DNA of 64,000 nt from Methanobacteriota archaeon (GTDB lineage: Archaea > Thermoplasmatota > Thermoplasmata > SG8-5 > JAGLSY01), in the NCBI GenBank assembly GCA_020696385.1, contig JAEHCQ010000001.1, forward strand, positions 288,001-352,000, given 5' to 3'. This document shows, piece after piece, positions 22,899 through 31,985 of the stretch. Each line of letters opens with the position of its first letter. Within the stretch, counting starts at the first letter, position 1. Made by a program: the position numbers and the translations under genes. The notes below the pieces were generated by a model. That model had not been told where the DNA came from and did not search any database. It worked only from the letters and a program-made list of their open reading frames with translations.

Positions 22899-24074
22899 TC
22901 ACGCACCTCCTATGCCTTCTGCAAGATCTGCAGCTTTCTTGGCCGCATCCGCAAAGCCCTGGGCTGTGTGGAAGTTCAATCCTGAATTGTTGATTATTTC
23001 CAGGCCCTCTTTGGCATTGGTCCCTTCCAATCTGACAACTATCGGAACTTCAACATTTCCGATATTTCTAATAGCTTCCACAACTCCATTGGCCACCTTG
23101 TCACATCGGACAATTCCACCAAAGATATTGATCAACACGCACTTGACATCCTTGTCGCTCATGAGAATGCGAAAAGCATTCTCCACTCCCTCGGCAGAGG
23201 CGGATCCTCCGACATCGAGGAAATTGGCTGGCTCGCTGCCACACTGCTTGATAAGATCCATGGTGGCCATTGCCAATCCCGCTCCATTCACCATGCAACC
23301 GACCTTGCCATCCAGCTTGATATAATTGAGATCGAACTTGGAAGCCTCGACCTCCAATGGATCTTCCTCACTGATATCACGGAGTTCCACATGGTGCTTT
23401 TGCCTGAATGCGGCATTGTCATCAAAGTTAACTTTCGCATCCAGTGCCATGGCTTCTCCTTCCTTTGTAACGATCATTGGATTGATCTCCGCCATGGAAG
23501 CATCCTCTTCGACGAACATCCTGTAAAGGTTCTGGAGCATCTTCACACCGCCCTTGAAGGCAGTTCCTTCAAGGCCCAATTTGAAGCAAACTTCCCTTGC
23601 CTGGAAAGGCATGAGACCAACAGCTGGATCGATCCAGATCTTGATAATCTTCTCTGGAGTTTCAGCAGCGACCTTTTCAATCTCCACGCCGCCCTCGGTG
23701 GAAGCGATTATCGCAACTCGTGATGTTTCACGATCCATCACGAATCCCAGGTACATCTCGCGGTCGATATTGGCTGCTTTTTCTACAAGAAGACGCTGGA
23801 CCAATTTTCCTTCTGGCCCGGTCTGATGGGTGATCAATGTCATGCCCATTATGTCCTTGGCAGCCTGTTCAGCCTCCTCCACGGTTGGAGTGAACTTCAC
23901 GCCCCCGCCCTTACCCCTGCCGCCGGCATGGATCTGAGCTTTGACAACAACTGGTCCGCCTTTCTCTTCGAAAAATCTTCTTACATCGCCCACTTCTGTG
24001 ACCATTTGTCCTTCTGGTACGGGTATTCCGTACTTGGCAAATATCTCCTTGGCCTGATATTCATGGATCTTCAT
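22899..24074 (-). CDS. sucC: Succinyl-CoA synthetase beta subunit
   Basis: [35 protein letters not shown] and [10 protein letters not shown] motifs. ORF track start is 24092. Confidence 0.95.
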   Translation of the reverse strand: MKIHEYQAKEIFAKYGIPVPEGQMVTEVGDVRRFFEEKGGPVVVKAQIHAGGRGKGGGVKFTPTVEEAEQAAKDIMGMTLITHQTGPEGKLVQRLLVEKAANIDREMYLGFVMDRETSRVAIIASTEGGVEIEKVAAETPEKIIKIWIDPAVGLMPFQAREVCFKLGLEGTAFKGGVKMLQNLYRMFVEEDASMAEINPMIVTKEGEAMALDAKVNFDDNAAFRQKHHVELRDISEEDPLEVEASKFDLNYIKLDGKVGCMVNGAGLAMATMDLIKQCGSEPANFLDVGGSASAEGVENAFRILMSDKDVKCVLINIFGGIVRCDKVANGVVEAIRNIGNVEVPIVVRLEGTNAKEGLEIINNSGLNFHTAQGFADAAKKAADLAEGIGGA

Positions 24075-24153
24075 TTTATCACCGTCAAACACAGACTAAA
24101 TAGTCCGCATGTACATTTGCAAGGGTAGTGAAAAGTCACTAATAAAGGTTTAT

Positions 24154-24216
24154 GAGTTCATAGAGTTAGGGAGTTCGTGGAGTTAACTCTACAAACTCCA
24201 AAAACTCTACAAACTC
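24154..24216. repeat. Palindrome of tandem ~9-bp units, (GAGTT)x4 then (AACTC)x4
   Basis: GAGTT at 24154, 24163, 24171 and 24180; AACTC at 24185, 24194, 24203 and 24212; centre GAGTTAACTC. Confidence 0.8.
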
Positions 24217-24813
24217 TTAGACACCCAGCGTTTCCTTGAATATCTTCTCCATCTGCGCTTTTGTCTTGGCATTGACCACGTCGTATATCGAATCACCATG
24301 CGCGTCCATGGACACGACCAGTGGACCGAATTCCTTGGCCTCGAAGACCCAGACGGCCTCAGGCATGCCCAGTTTATCAAGATAATAAACTGTCTTCACC
24401 TTTCCAAGACCTTTAGCGGCAAGAGCTCCGGCTCCTCCAGTGAATGAAACGTATGCGACATTGTGCTTCTTGAGTGCGGCCAGTGTGAGCGGTCCCATGC
24501 CGCCCTTGCCTATTATCAGCTTCACCGGGAACATGTCCAGGAACTTGGGCTCCAGGGTTTCCATCCTGTAGCTGGTCGTTGGTCCAGCGGATACAACTTG
24601 CCACTCATCGCCTTCCTTTTTCATCACAGGTCCTGCATGATAAAGCCCAAGGCCAGTCATGTCAAAACCCTCGACACCGCCGTCCTCCATCAGTTCCATG
24701 TGAGCCTCGTCACGAGCGGTGAAAACAGTACCGCTCAGGTAAACGACATCATTGACTTTCAACTTGGCAATTGTCTCTTCATCAACTGGTGTGGTTAATC
24801 TGTATTCGGTCAT
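24217..24813 (-). CDS. Class I fumarate hydratase / tartrate dehydratase family, beta subunit
   Basis: TARDEAH, AGPTTS.RM, IIGKGGM and LGMPEAVW motifs. Confidence 0.9.
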   Translation of the reverse strand: MTEYRLTTPVDEETIAKLKVNDVVYLSGTVFTARDEAHMELMEDGGVEGFDMTGLGLYHAGPVMKKEGDEWQVVSAGPTTSYRMETLEPKFLDMFPVKLIIGKGGMGPLTLAALKKHNVAYVSFTGGAGALAAKGLGKVKTVYYLDKLGMPEAVWVFEAKEFGPLVVSMDAHGDSIYDVVNAKTKAQMEKIFKETLGV

Positions 24814-25674
24814 TTATACCACCTCGCCATTCTTGTCAATTTTAATGCTCTGGCGTCTGTCGCACCAACACTGAACCACCATCCCGACCGGGAAAGTTGC
24901 CGGATGCCTATTTGTATATTCGATCTGAACCGCGAGAGATGTCGTATCTCCGCCCATTCCCATCGCTCCCACACCAAGTGAATTTATCATATCGAGAAGT
25001 TCCTTCTCCATTGCCGCGATCTCGGGCATTGGATTTGGCTCATCCAGTGGTCGGAGAAGTGCCTTTTTTGCCAGCTTGATCGCGATGTCCGCCCCTCCGC
25101 CAATTCCGATACCGATGACTGTTGGCGGACATGGTTTGCCACCCGCAAATTGAACCTGCTCGATTATCTTCTGTTTCATGACCTTGAAACCCTGCGCCGG
25201 TGTCAGCATCCAGAGCTTGGACATGTTCTCGCTTCCACCGCCTTTTGGGAAGACATAGACAGTTGCTCCATCGCCTTCCACCATGTCGATGGTCATAGCG
25301 GGCATATTGAACCCCAAATTGTTCTTGGGATTAGTGCCATCAAATGGATTCACCGTGTTCGGCCTCAATGGAACATCCATCGTGGCCTTCGCTATGGCCT
25401 TTGGAACGAGCTTTACCAGTTCCTTCAGGTATGGGAAATCATAGCCAGCTTTTATGAAGAATATCTGCACACCAGTATCCTGGCACATGGGAGCTTGTCC
25501 ATCGTGGGCCAGTTGGATATTTGTCAGTATGGCTTCTAATTGATTTTTAGCTGTTTCGTTCGTCTCTTTCGCATGCGCTTCCTTGATCTTCTCGTGCACA
25601 TCTGGCGGAAGCTCGATCACTCCATCCCTCATGCCCTTAACCAGAGCCTTCAATACTTTTTCTTCATCAAACAT
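24814..25674 (-). CDS. Class I fumarate hydratase / tartrate dehydratase family, alpha (Fe-S) subunit
   Basis: PMCQDTG, PKGGGSENMS, GGKPCPP and VQCW motifs; adjacent to the beta subunit. Confidence 0.9.
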   Translation of the reverse strand: MFDEEKVLKALVKGMRDGVIELPPDVHEKIKEAHAKETNETAKNQLEAILTNIQLAHDGQAPMCQDTGVQIFFIKAGYDFPYLKELVKLVPKAIAKATMDVPLRPNTVNPFDGTNPKNNLGFNMPAMTIDMVEGDGATVYVFPKGGGSENMSKLWMLTPAQGFKVMKQKIIEQVQFAGGKPCPPTVIGIGIGGGADIAIKLAKKALLRPLDEPNPMPEIAAMEKELLDMINSLGVGAMGMGGDTTSLAVQIEYTNRHPATFPVGMVVQCWCDRRQSIKIDKNGEVV

Positions 25675-26933
25675 TATGCATCACCTTTTACAAGTGGTAT
25701 AGTAAGGCTACCGGCTGGCATTATCACGAGATTAGGTTCCCTGCCCTTGCCTTTCATCTCCACGATCGCGGCTTCCAGTGCTTCCTGCACAGTTCCGAAA
25801 GGCTTCAGATGTGCCTTTCGCATCATCTCATCTGGCAGATCGGTAACCCCGTAAATACTGGCCCAGGTTCCTATCTGAGCCATCTTCGCCGCCTTGTGGT
25901 ATCCTAACTTGTACTCGCCCTCCAGCTTCTTCATTATTTCCTGTGGAGTGGCGGCACTTCCAAGCAGGTCGAGGAAGGCTTCTTCTCCCACTCCCATCCT
26001 GCACTTGGAGACAATGATGGTAACGCCGCCATCCTTCAATGCCAATTTACTGTTATCCAGTGCTTTCTGGCTCTGATAAAGATCGATGTCCATCGGATAC
26101 GGAGCTACGGAAATGACGATATCTGCTTTTTCAGCCAGTGGCACGCAGAACACTTCGTTCGCGCGCTCGATAGCCGCGTCGAAGCTCTGGAAAAGATCTC
26201 CAGCAGTAACTGCGTAAATACTGTGGTCGCCAGTCAGTACAGTCTGAATGGAAAACACATTGATATCCTTCAGCACGTTCATCGCATCTATCATGTCCTC
26301 ATGAACTGGATTTCCCTCAAGAGCCAGTGAGCGAGCGGAATCACTGAGCGCGGCCTTGTGGTTCATCTCGATTGTTTTGTAAGAGGCGACACCCGGAAGG
26401 AATGCTTTCCGACCCCCGGTGTACCCTGCGAAATAATGCGGCTCCACACTTCCAATAACTAGAACATTCTTGATCTCCGGCACGATCTTATTAAGGTACA
26501 TCTCGGTGCCATTTTTGGAAACACCCAGATACACCATATCTTCATCTTTTCGCGCATCGTGCGCGATTATTTTATCTTTAACTTCTTCGTACATGTCCCC
26601 GAATATGAATTGGTATTCCTCGTCAGTAGGTGCGCGGTGTACGCCAGTCGCCACAATGTAAGTGACATCCGCATGCGCGGTCAAGTCCTTCCGAAGAAGT
26701 TCCAACACCTTCTTCGTCGGTGTTGGTCTTGTCGCGTCATTCACGATGACCAGCATTCTCTCGGACTTCTTTGCAAAATCAGAAAAGGTATCCGTTCCTA
26801 TTGGATTCGCAAGCGCGTTATCCAGCACTTTGGCCTCGTCCTGAACATCGACCGAATTCGGCATCAGGATCGTATGCGGTAAATCAAAATCGATCTCAAC
26901 ACTTTCCTTTCCATATGGAATATTGAATTTCAT
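25674..26933 (-). CDS. larA: LarA-family nickel-pincer 2-hydroxy-acid racemase (substrate uncertain)
   Basis: NDATRP, ATGVHR, EPHYFAGYTGGRK, IEMNH and DLYQSQKA motifs; TAATG overlap with the fumarase alpha start. Confidence 0.88.
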   Translation of the reverse strand: MKFNIPYGKESVEIDFDLPHTILMPNSVDVQDEAKVLDNALANPIGTDTFSDFAKKSERMLVIVNDATRPTPTKKVLELLRKDLTAHADVTYIVATGVHRAPTDEEYQFIFGDMYEEVKDKIIAHDARKDEDMVYLGVSKNGTEMYLNKIVPEIKNVLVIGSVEPHYFAGYTGGRKAFLPGVASYKTIEMNHKAALSDSARSLALEGNPVHEDMIDAMNVLKDINVFSIQTVLTGDHSIYAVTAGDLFQSFDAAIERANEVFCVPLAEKADIVISVAPYPMDIDLYQSQKALDNSKLALKDGGVTIIVSKCRMGVGEEAFLDLLGSAATPQEIMKKLEGEYKLGYHKAAKMAQIGTWASIYGVTDLPDEMMRKAHLKPFGTVQEALEAAIVEMKGKGREPNLVIMPAGSLTIPLVKGDA

Positions 26934-27037
26934 CTTATTTCTCCCTGTGGGAAGGGAGAAAGAGAATGAGATTTATAACCGTATCTGTTAGATTCGAGTA
27001 GGAGGGCTGCGTTATTCAAGCCCCCTATACCAAAACA

Positions 27038-27340
27038 CTATTCCCCAGCAGGTCGCATGATCCTGGTATTCACATTGAGTACAAGCTGGTTCAGATGTTC
27101 CAATCCTTTCTGCCATTCTGGATCTTCGAACAATCGGTCATAGTCCTTGGTTGTCTCGAACTCGATAGTGAAAATAATATGACTCGAATCATCGCACCAG
27201 ACATTTAACTTCGCATCTATTTTCTCGCATATGTCCATCACCATGCAACTGTATTCTTCATCAAAAATATAGTTCATGTATTTCTTACTGGCTTCTTCAT
27301 CTTTGGGAATATCATATTCCATAAACCAAAGTACTGGCAT
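27038..27340 (-). CDS. Small protein, probable dimeric alpha/beta-barrel (NIPSNAP-like) fold
   Basis: 100 aa; GAGGTGA SD; the pattern IIFTIEFET...Y..LF.DPEWQK...NTRIMRP is typical of such barrels. Fold is inferred. Confidence 0.6.
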   Translation of the reverse strand: MPVLWFMEYDIPKDEEASKKYMNYIFDEEYSCMVMDICEKIDAKLNVWCDDSSHIIFTIEFETTKDYDRLFEDPEWQKGLEHLNQLVLNVNTRIMRPAGE

Positions 27341-27420
27341 CTGTCATCACCTCTTCTGAATTTCAGTATGTTCATTTGTCTTAATAGCCTTAACACAATT
27401 CGCATATATATACATTCATT

Positions 27421-27434
27421 ATTGCGTAAATTAT
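27421..27434. promoter_or_regulatory. 14-bp motif ATTGCGTAAATTAT, copy 2
   Basis: Exact copy of 21961-21974, in the divergent promoter region between 27340 and 27506. Confidence 0.35.
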
Positions 27435-27505
27435 ATATCATCTTCAGCAATAGGTTTAGGCTATAGTTTAGGGGCTTGGCTCCTATGATTAAGAGGATGA
27501 TGTAA

Positions 27506-28942
27506 ATGTCCGAAGAAATGTTCAAGGAATTGCAGGAGCTTTTAGGAGAGAACTTCACCACCAGCACGGCCGCCAGATATGCTTATTCATCAGATGCCAG
27601 CATATACAGGGCGATGCCCGATGCGGTGGCAAGGCCGATGAATACCGAAGAGGTATCCAAAATTGTGAAACTGGCCAATAAGTACAAGGTGCCGATCACA
27701 CCGCGAGGAGCGGGAACTGGCCTCTGTGGAGCAGCAGTTCCTATCAAGGGTGGCATCACCCTGGACATGCAAGCCATGAACAAAATTAAAAGTATAACAC
27801 CCGAGAATTTATTCTGTATAGTCGAGCCAGGTGTCATTTACGATCACCTGAACAATGAGCTGAAAAGCGCGGGATACCAGTTCCCTGGTTCTCCAGGCAG
27901 TGCGGAAGCCGCGAATATCGGTGGCATGGTGTCACTGAATGCCAGCGGTATGAGAGCCATCAAATACGGCGCGACAAGGGATTATGTTCTCGGCCTGGAA
28001 GTGGTTCTTCCAACCGGAGAGATCATGAGGGTCGGCACGCACACTCTGAAGAACAGCTCCGGCTACCAATTGGAGAAATTATTCGTGGGCTCCGAGGGCA
28101 CACTGGGTATCATTACCGAAGTTACTTTGAAGATCGTCGCTTTACCAAAGGCAGTGGCCGCGGCTTTGGTCAGCTTTGACAAGGTGGAGAAAGCGGGCCA
28201 GGCAATTTCCAATATAATCGCACATCCTATTATTCCAAGTTCCATGGAGATCATGGATAATACCTGTATCACCGCGGCAAACCGCGGGATCGATGCCGGA
28301 TTGCCAGATGTCCCAGCAATTCTGATAATCGAGGTTGATGGTCCCATCGAGGAAGTCGGCCGTGAGATCCGACAGGTCGAAGAGGTCTGTAAAGCAAGTG
28401 GAGCCACCCATATCATCGTATCCGATGATAAAGCCGTTTATGGCCTCTGGCACGAGGCCAGAAAGTCCGTCCTGCCAGCTCTGGGAGGATTCAGCCCGGA
28501 TCTGAAGATCGTATCACTTGCGGATGACATGGGTGTTCCGATCTCCAGGGTGGCTGATGCGGTCATAGGCTTCAAGGAAATATCCGATAGGAACAAGGTC
28601 ATAATTGCCACTTACGGTCATGCCAGTGATGGTAACCTTCACACTAAATTCCTCATCGATCCGAGCAAGGAAGATGACTGGAAAAGGGCGGAAAAGGCCG
28701 TGGAGGAGATCTATGATCTAGTTCTTTCCCTCGATGGGACAGTGACTGGCGAGCACGGTGTGGGAATGGCCAAAGCCCCTTACATGAAGAAGGAAAGGGC
28801 CACCGCGATCAAGACCATGAAGGCCATCAAGGACGCTCTCGATCCGAATAATATCATGAACCCAGGCAAGATGTTCGAATGGGAGAGCGATCACATAATT
28901 ATGAATCTCAGATACCCCGCGGAGGTGAACTTCGATGAGTGA
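27506..28942 (+). CDS. FAD-linked D-2-hydroxy-acid dehydrogenase, GlcD/Dld family
   Basis: PRGAGTGL, GSEGTLGIITE, GHASDGNLH, GEHGVG and DPNNIMNPGK motifs. Confidence 0.9.
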   Translation: MSEEMFKELQELLGENFTTSTAARYAYSSDASIYRAMPDAVARPMNTEEVSKIVKLANKYKVPITPRGAGTGLCGAAVPIKGGITLDMQAMNKIKSITPENLFCIVEPGVIYDHLNNELKSAGYQFPGSPGSAEAANIGGMVSLNASGMRAIKYGATRDYVLGLEVVLPTGEIMRVGTHTLKNSSGYQLEKLFVGSEGTLGIITEVTLKIVALPKAVAAALVSFDKVEKAGQAISNIIAHPIIPSSMEIMDNTCITAANRGIDAGLPDVPAILIIEVDGPIEEVGREIRQVEEVCKASGATHIIVSDDKAVYGLWHEARKSVLPALGGFSPDLKIVSLADDMGVPISRVADAVIGFKEISDRNKVIIATYGHASDGNLHTKFLIDPSKEDDWKRAEKAVEEIYDLVLSLDGTVTGEHGVGMAKAPYMKKERATAIKTMKAIKDALDPNNIMNPGKMFEWESDHIIMNLRYPAEVNFDE

Positions 28943-30113
28943 TGAAAAGAAGTATATCAAGGGCGATAAGCTGAAGGCATTGTATGACCAAACACTCCTC
29001 TGCACGTCCTGTGGATATTGTAAATCCGTATGCCCGGCCTTCAAGGGCACATTATGGGACCACAATACAGCCAGATCGAAGATGGTGCTGGCCTATGGTC
29101 TGTTGCAAGGCGACATACCAGTGGATGATTCAGTTGTTCAATCCATATTCGAATGCACCACCTGCGGAGATTGTATGCGCAGGTGTCCTTCCAATGTCAA
29201 GACAGTCGATGTGCTCATGGCTGCCAGGCAGGAACTGGCAGGCTTACATGAGGTTCCAGAGACCATGGAATTGGCTCTGGAAAATATTGAGAAGTTCGGC
29301 AATCCACAGGGAGAGCCAGCATCAGCCAGGGAGGAGTTCCTTCCAGATGAGGCAAAGGCCAAGCTGAGAACTGGCGGAGATGTACTGGTATTCCTGGGAT
29401 GCGTCGCTTCCAATACGGATATGAAGGTGACATCCGCCATTTTCAAGATACTGGAAAGGGCAGGAGTGAGCTACACCACACTTGGAGAGAAGGAGCCATG
29501 CTGTGGCTTCCTCAATTATCTGGCTGGTTACGAATCCGATGCCTTTGGAAAAAGTCTTCTGGAGCAGATCGAGACATTGAACCCGAGACCGAAAATGGTG
29601 GTCACGCCCTGTCCCGGATGCTACAGGACACTCCATCACATCTATCCCGAGAGCGGAGTGGATCTCGGCCTGGATTCCAGGCACATACTGGAATTCTTTG
29701 ACGAGCTTATCGAGAAAGGCGATCTCATTGTTACCAAGAAGCTAGAGGGGAATGTCCTTTACCACGACCCTTGTGATCTCGGTCGCCATGCGGAGATGTA
29801 TGACGAGCCCAGGAAATTGCTTTCACATTTTGCCGAAGTGAAGGAATTCAAATTCAATAGAGAACAAAGCCATTGCTGTGGAGGTGGGGGCGGTCTGCAA
29901 TCCACCAATTATGATATTTCATCATCCATGGCAAAAGCCAGACTTACCGAGGCCAATGAATTGGAGGGGGACTTCATTGTTTCCGCATGCCCGGCATGTA
30001 AATCCATGTTCTCCAATGCCGCATCTGATTTCAAAAAGGAGACTGGCAAGAAGTTCAAGGTCAGGGATCTGGTCGAGATAGTTCACAAGAACACCAAAGG
30101 CAGAGAAAGTTGA
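28935..30113 (+). CDS. Fe-S oxidoreductase with 2x[4Fe-4S] and two CCG domains (GlcF/HdrD-like)
   Basis: CTSCGYC..VCP, CTTCGDC..RCP, EPCCG, YHDPCDLGR and CCGGGGG motifs; overlaps the GlcD-like gene. Confidence 0.9.
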   Translation: MSDEKKYIKGDKLKALYDQTLLCTSCGYCKSVCPAFKGTLWDHNTARSKMVLAYGLLQGDIPVDDSVVQSIFECTTCGDCMRRCPSNVKTVDVLMAARQELAGLHEVPETMELALENIEKFGNPQGEPASAREEFLPDEAKAKLRTGGDVLVFLGCVASNTDMKVTSAIFKILERAGVSYTTLGEKEPCCGFLNYLAGYESDAFGKSLLEQIETLNPRPKMVVTPCPGCYRTLHHIYPESGVDLGLDSRHILEFFDELIEKGDLIVTKKLEGNVLYHDPCDLGRHAEMYDEPRKLLSHFAEVKEFKFNREQSHCCGGGGGLQSTNYDISSSMAKARLTEANELEGDFIVSACPACKSMFSNAASDFKKETGKKFKVRDLVEIVHKNTKGRES

Positions 30114-30277
30114 ATTATCTGTGAATGGCCACAAAGCATAAATAGGGTATATACGAAAAGATAAATATACTGTTCAGTATTACTGGGCATTATTCATATC
30201 AAGTTTGACAGACATACTGTGAAGTATAGTGGGCATACCCATGGTCATGTTTCGACTTGAATAAAAGGCGGAGGAAA

Positions 30278-31918
30278 ATGGCAGAAGCGGAAACAAGTGG
30301 TAGAATATGCCCCGTGTGCGATGAGAGCGTGCCGCTTGACTCAAAGTCATGTCCTTCCTGCAAGACCGATCTAACACTTTTTCAGGTTGATGGAGAAAGA
30401 GTGGAAATTGGAGAGGATGTCGAGATGGTGGGTCAGATTGACGGCCATATGGGCGACCTTATGAAGGCCGCGAATGGAGATCCTTATGCAACTCAGGCAC
30501 CTCAGGCAACTGCAGAAATGTTCGAATGTCCAGAATGTAATAAATTAATTCCAGAAGATGCCGCTGCTTGCCCAAATTGTGGCGTGGAATTTGCAGATGG
30601 AGATGTCTTCGAATGCCCATTATGCAAAACCCTGGTAGATATCAACACAGATGTGTGCCCCAGCTGTGGAGCGGAGTTTGGAGAGGATGAGGTTGAAGGG
30701 ACCGATGAAGTGGCCACTGAACCCATACCGGAACCAGTTACAGAGCCAATACCAGAGCCTGAGCCAGCAAAGGAACTGAGCTTTGCTGAAAGAATGAAGG
30801 CAATGAAAGAGGGCGGCTCCTCTGAGCCTGCTGCTGTTGCTGATCCCGTGGTCGCAAAAGAACCAGAGCCAGCTCCAGCAAAGGAACTGAGCTTTGCTGA
30901 AAGAATGAAGGCAATGAAAGAGGGAAAAGCACCCGATATCACACACACACCAGAGCCAGTCAAAGCACCAGTGGAAGAGCCAAAGGCGGAGCCAGTAGTA
31001 GAAGAATCGAAACCACAGCCAGTTGTTCAAGATAATATTCCTGCAAAGGTGGAACCAGCCCCGCAGGCACAACCTCAGCCCAGCCCGGAAAAGTCCCAGG
31101 CACCACCTGCGAAAGTGATATCCGCAGAGGACAGAGCCAATCTGAAACAGAAATACAAAGAATTACCAAAGCTCATTGGGGAAGTGAAGAGATATCTCGC
31201 TGTCGCTAAAAGATGCGAGATCAATGTGTCCAAAAGCAGAGGTCTCATTAACCAGGCTGTCGCGGCTGGAAAGAACAAGGATCTGGAAACCGCGGTAAGA
31301 TTGGTCGAAGAGGGAAAGGCAGGAATTAAAAAGATCATCTCCGAGCATATGGAAGAGAAGGTGCAAACTCTCAAGATCAAGGTCGATGAAGCAGCGACCA
31401 GTGGACAAACTTCGCCAATAATCCCAACCAGTATGGCGAAGATCCAGGAAGCTATGTCCGCATATGACTTTGACACTGTCCTTACAGAGGTCGAAAAGAT
31501 AGACTCATTGCTAAAAGAGACCGTGGGCGAAGATGTTCTGGATGCGAAGAGCGTTATCAGAAAAATGGGAATGACCATGGAGGATGCCCATGCGATGAAT
31601 ATCGAGATGGGAGAAGCTCTAAGCCTTTACAATGAGGCAAAGAAGGCTGCGGATAAGGAAGATTGGAACTCGGCCGCCATATTCGCGAAACAAGCCCAGG
31701 ACAGCCTGAATGAGATACTTCCCGTTCATATCAATACAGCCATGAAGAAGGCGAAAACAAGCTTGCTGGAAATAAAGATGATGAACATCGATATCGCCCA
31801 GCCAGTTGAGTTTCTGAAGAAAGCGAATATTGCAATGAAGGATAGGAACTATCCCGAGGCTCTACATTCGGTCAAGGAGTTCAAAGATTACCTTGACAAA
31901 GAGAATTATATTATGTGA
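30278..31918 (+). CDS. Zinc-ribbon (DZR) protein with Pro/Glu-rich linker and helical repeats
   Basis: Six CxxC motifs (three ribbons), a low-complexity linker and a helical C-terminal half. ATG 30278 follows GGAGG; track start is 30257. Confidence 0.8.
   Translation: MAEAETSGRICPVCDESVPLDSKSCPSCKTDLTLFQVDGERVEIGEDVEMVGQIDGHMGDLMKAANGDPYATQAPQATAEMFECPECNKLIPEDAAACPNCGVEFADGDVFECPLCKTLVDINTDVCPSCGAEFGEDEVEGTDEVATEPIPEPVTEPIPEPEPAKELSFAERMKAMKEGGSSEPAAVADPVVAKEPEPAPAKELSFAERMKAMKEGKAPDITHTPEPVKAPVEEPKAEPVVEESKPQPVVQDNIPAKVEPAPQAQPQPSPEKSQAPPAKVISAEDRANLKQKYKELPKLIGEVKRYLAVAKRCEINVSKSRGLINQAVAAGKNKDLETAVRLVEEGKAGIKKIISEHMEEKVQTLKIKVDEAATSGQTSPIIPTSMAKIQEAMSAYDFDTVLTEVEKIDSLLKETVGEDVLDAKSVIRKMGMTMEDAHAMNIEMGEALSLYNEAKKAADKEDWNSAAIFAKQAQDSLNEILPVHINTAMKKAKTSLLEIKMMNIDIAQPVEFLKKANIAMKDRNYPEALHSVKEFKDYLDKENYIM
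30764..30924 (+). repeat. Perfect 50-bp intragenic direct repeat, 2 copies
   Basis: 30764-30813 is identical to 30875-30924; encodes PAKELSFAERMKAMKEG. Confidence 0.95.
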
Positions 31919-31985
31919 GAACCGGACCTCTAGGCCTAAAAGTTCTCAAAATAAATTATTTATTGATACCATATCAATAATCAGA

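Noticed and set aside
30764-30924. CRISPR-like repeat
   Set aside because: Only two copies, in frame within a CDS, with no cas genes.
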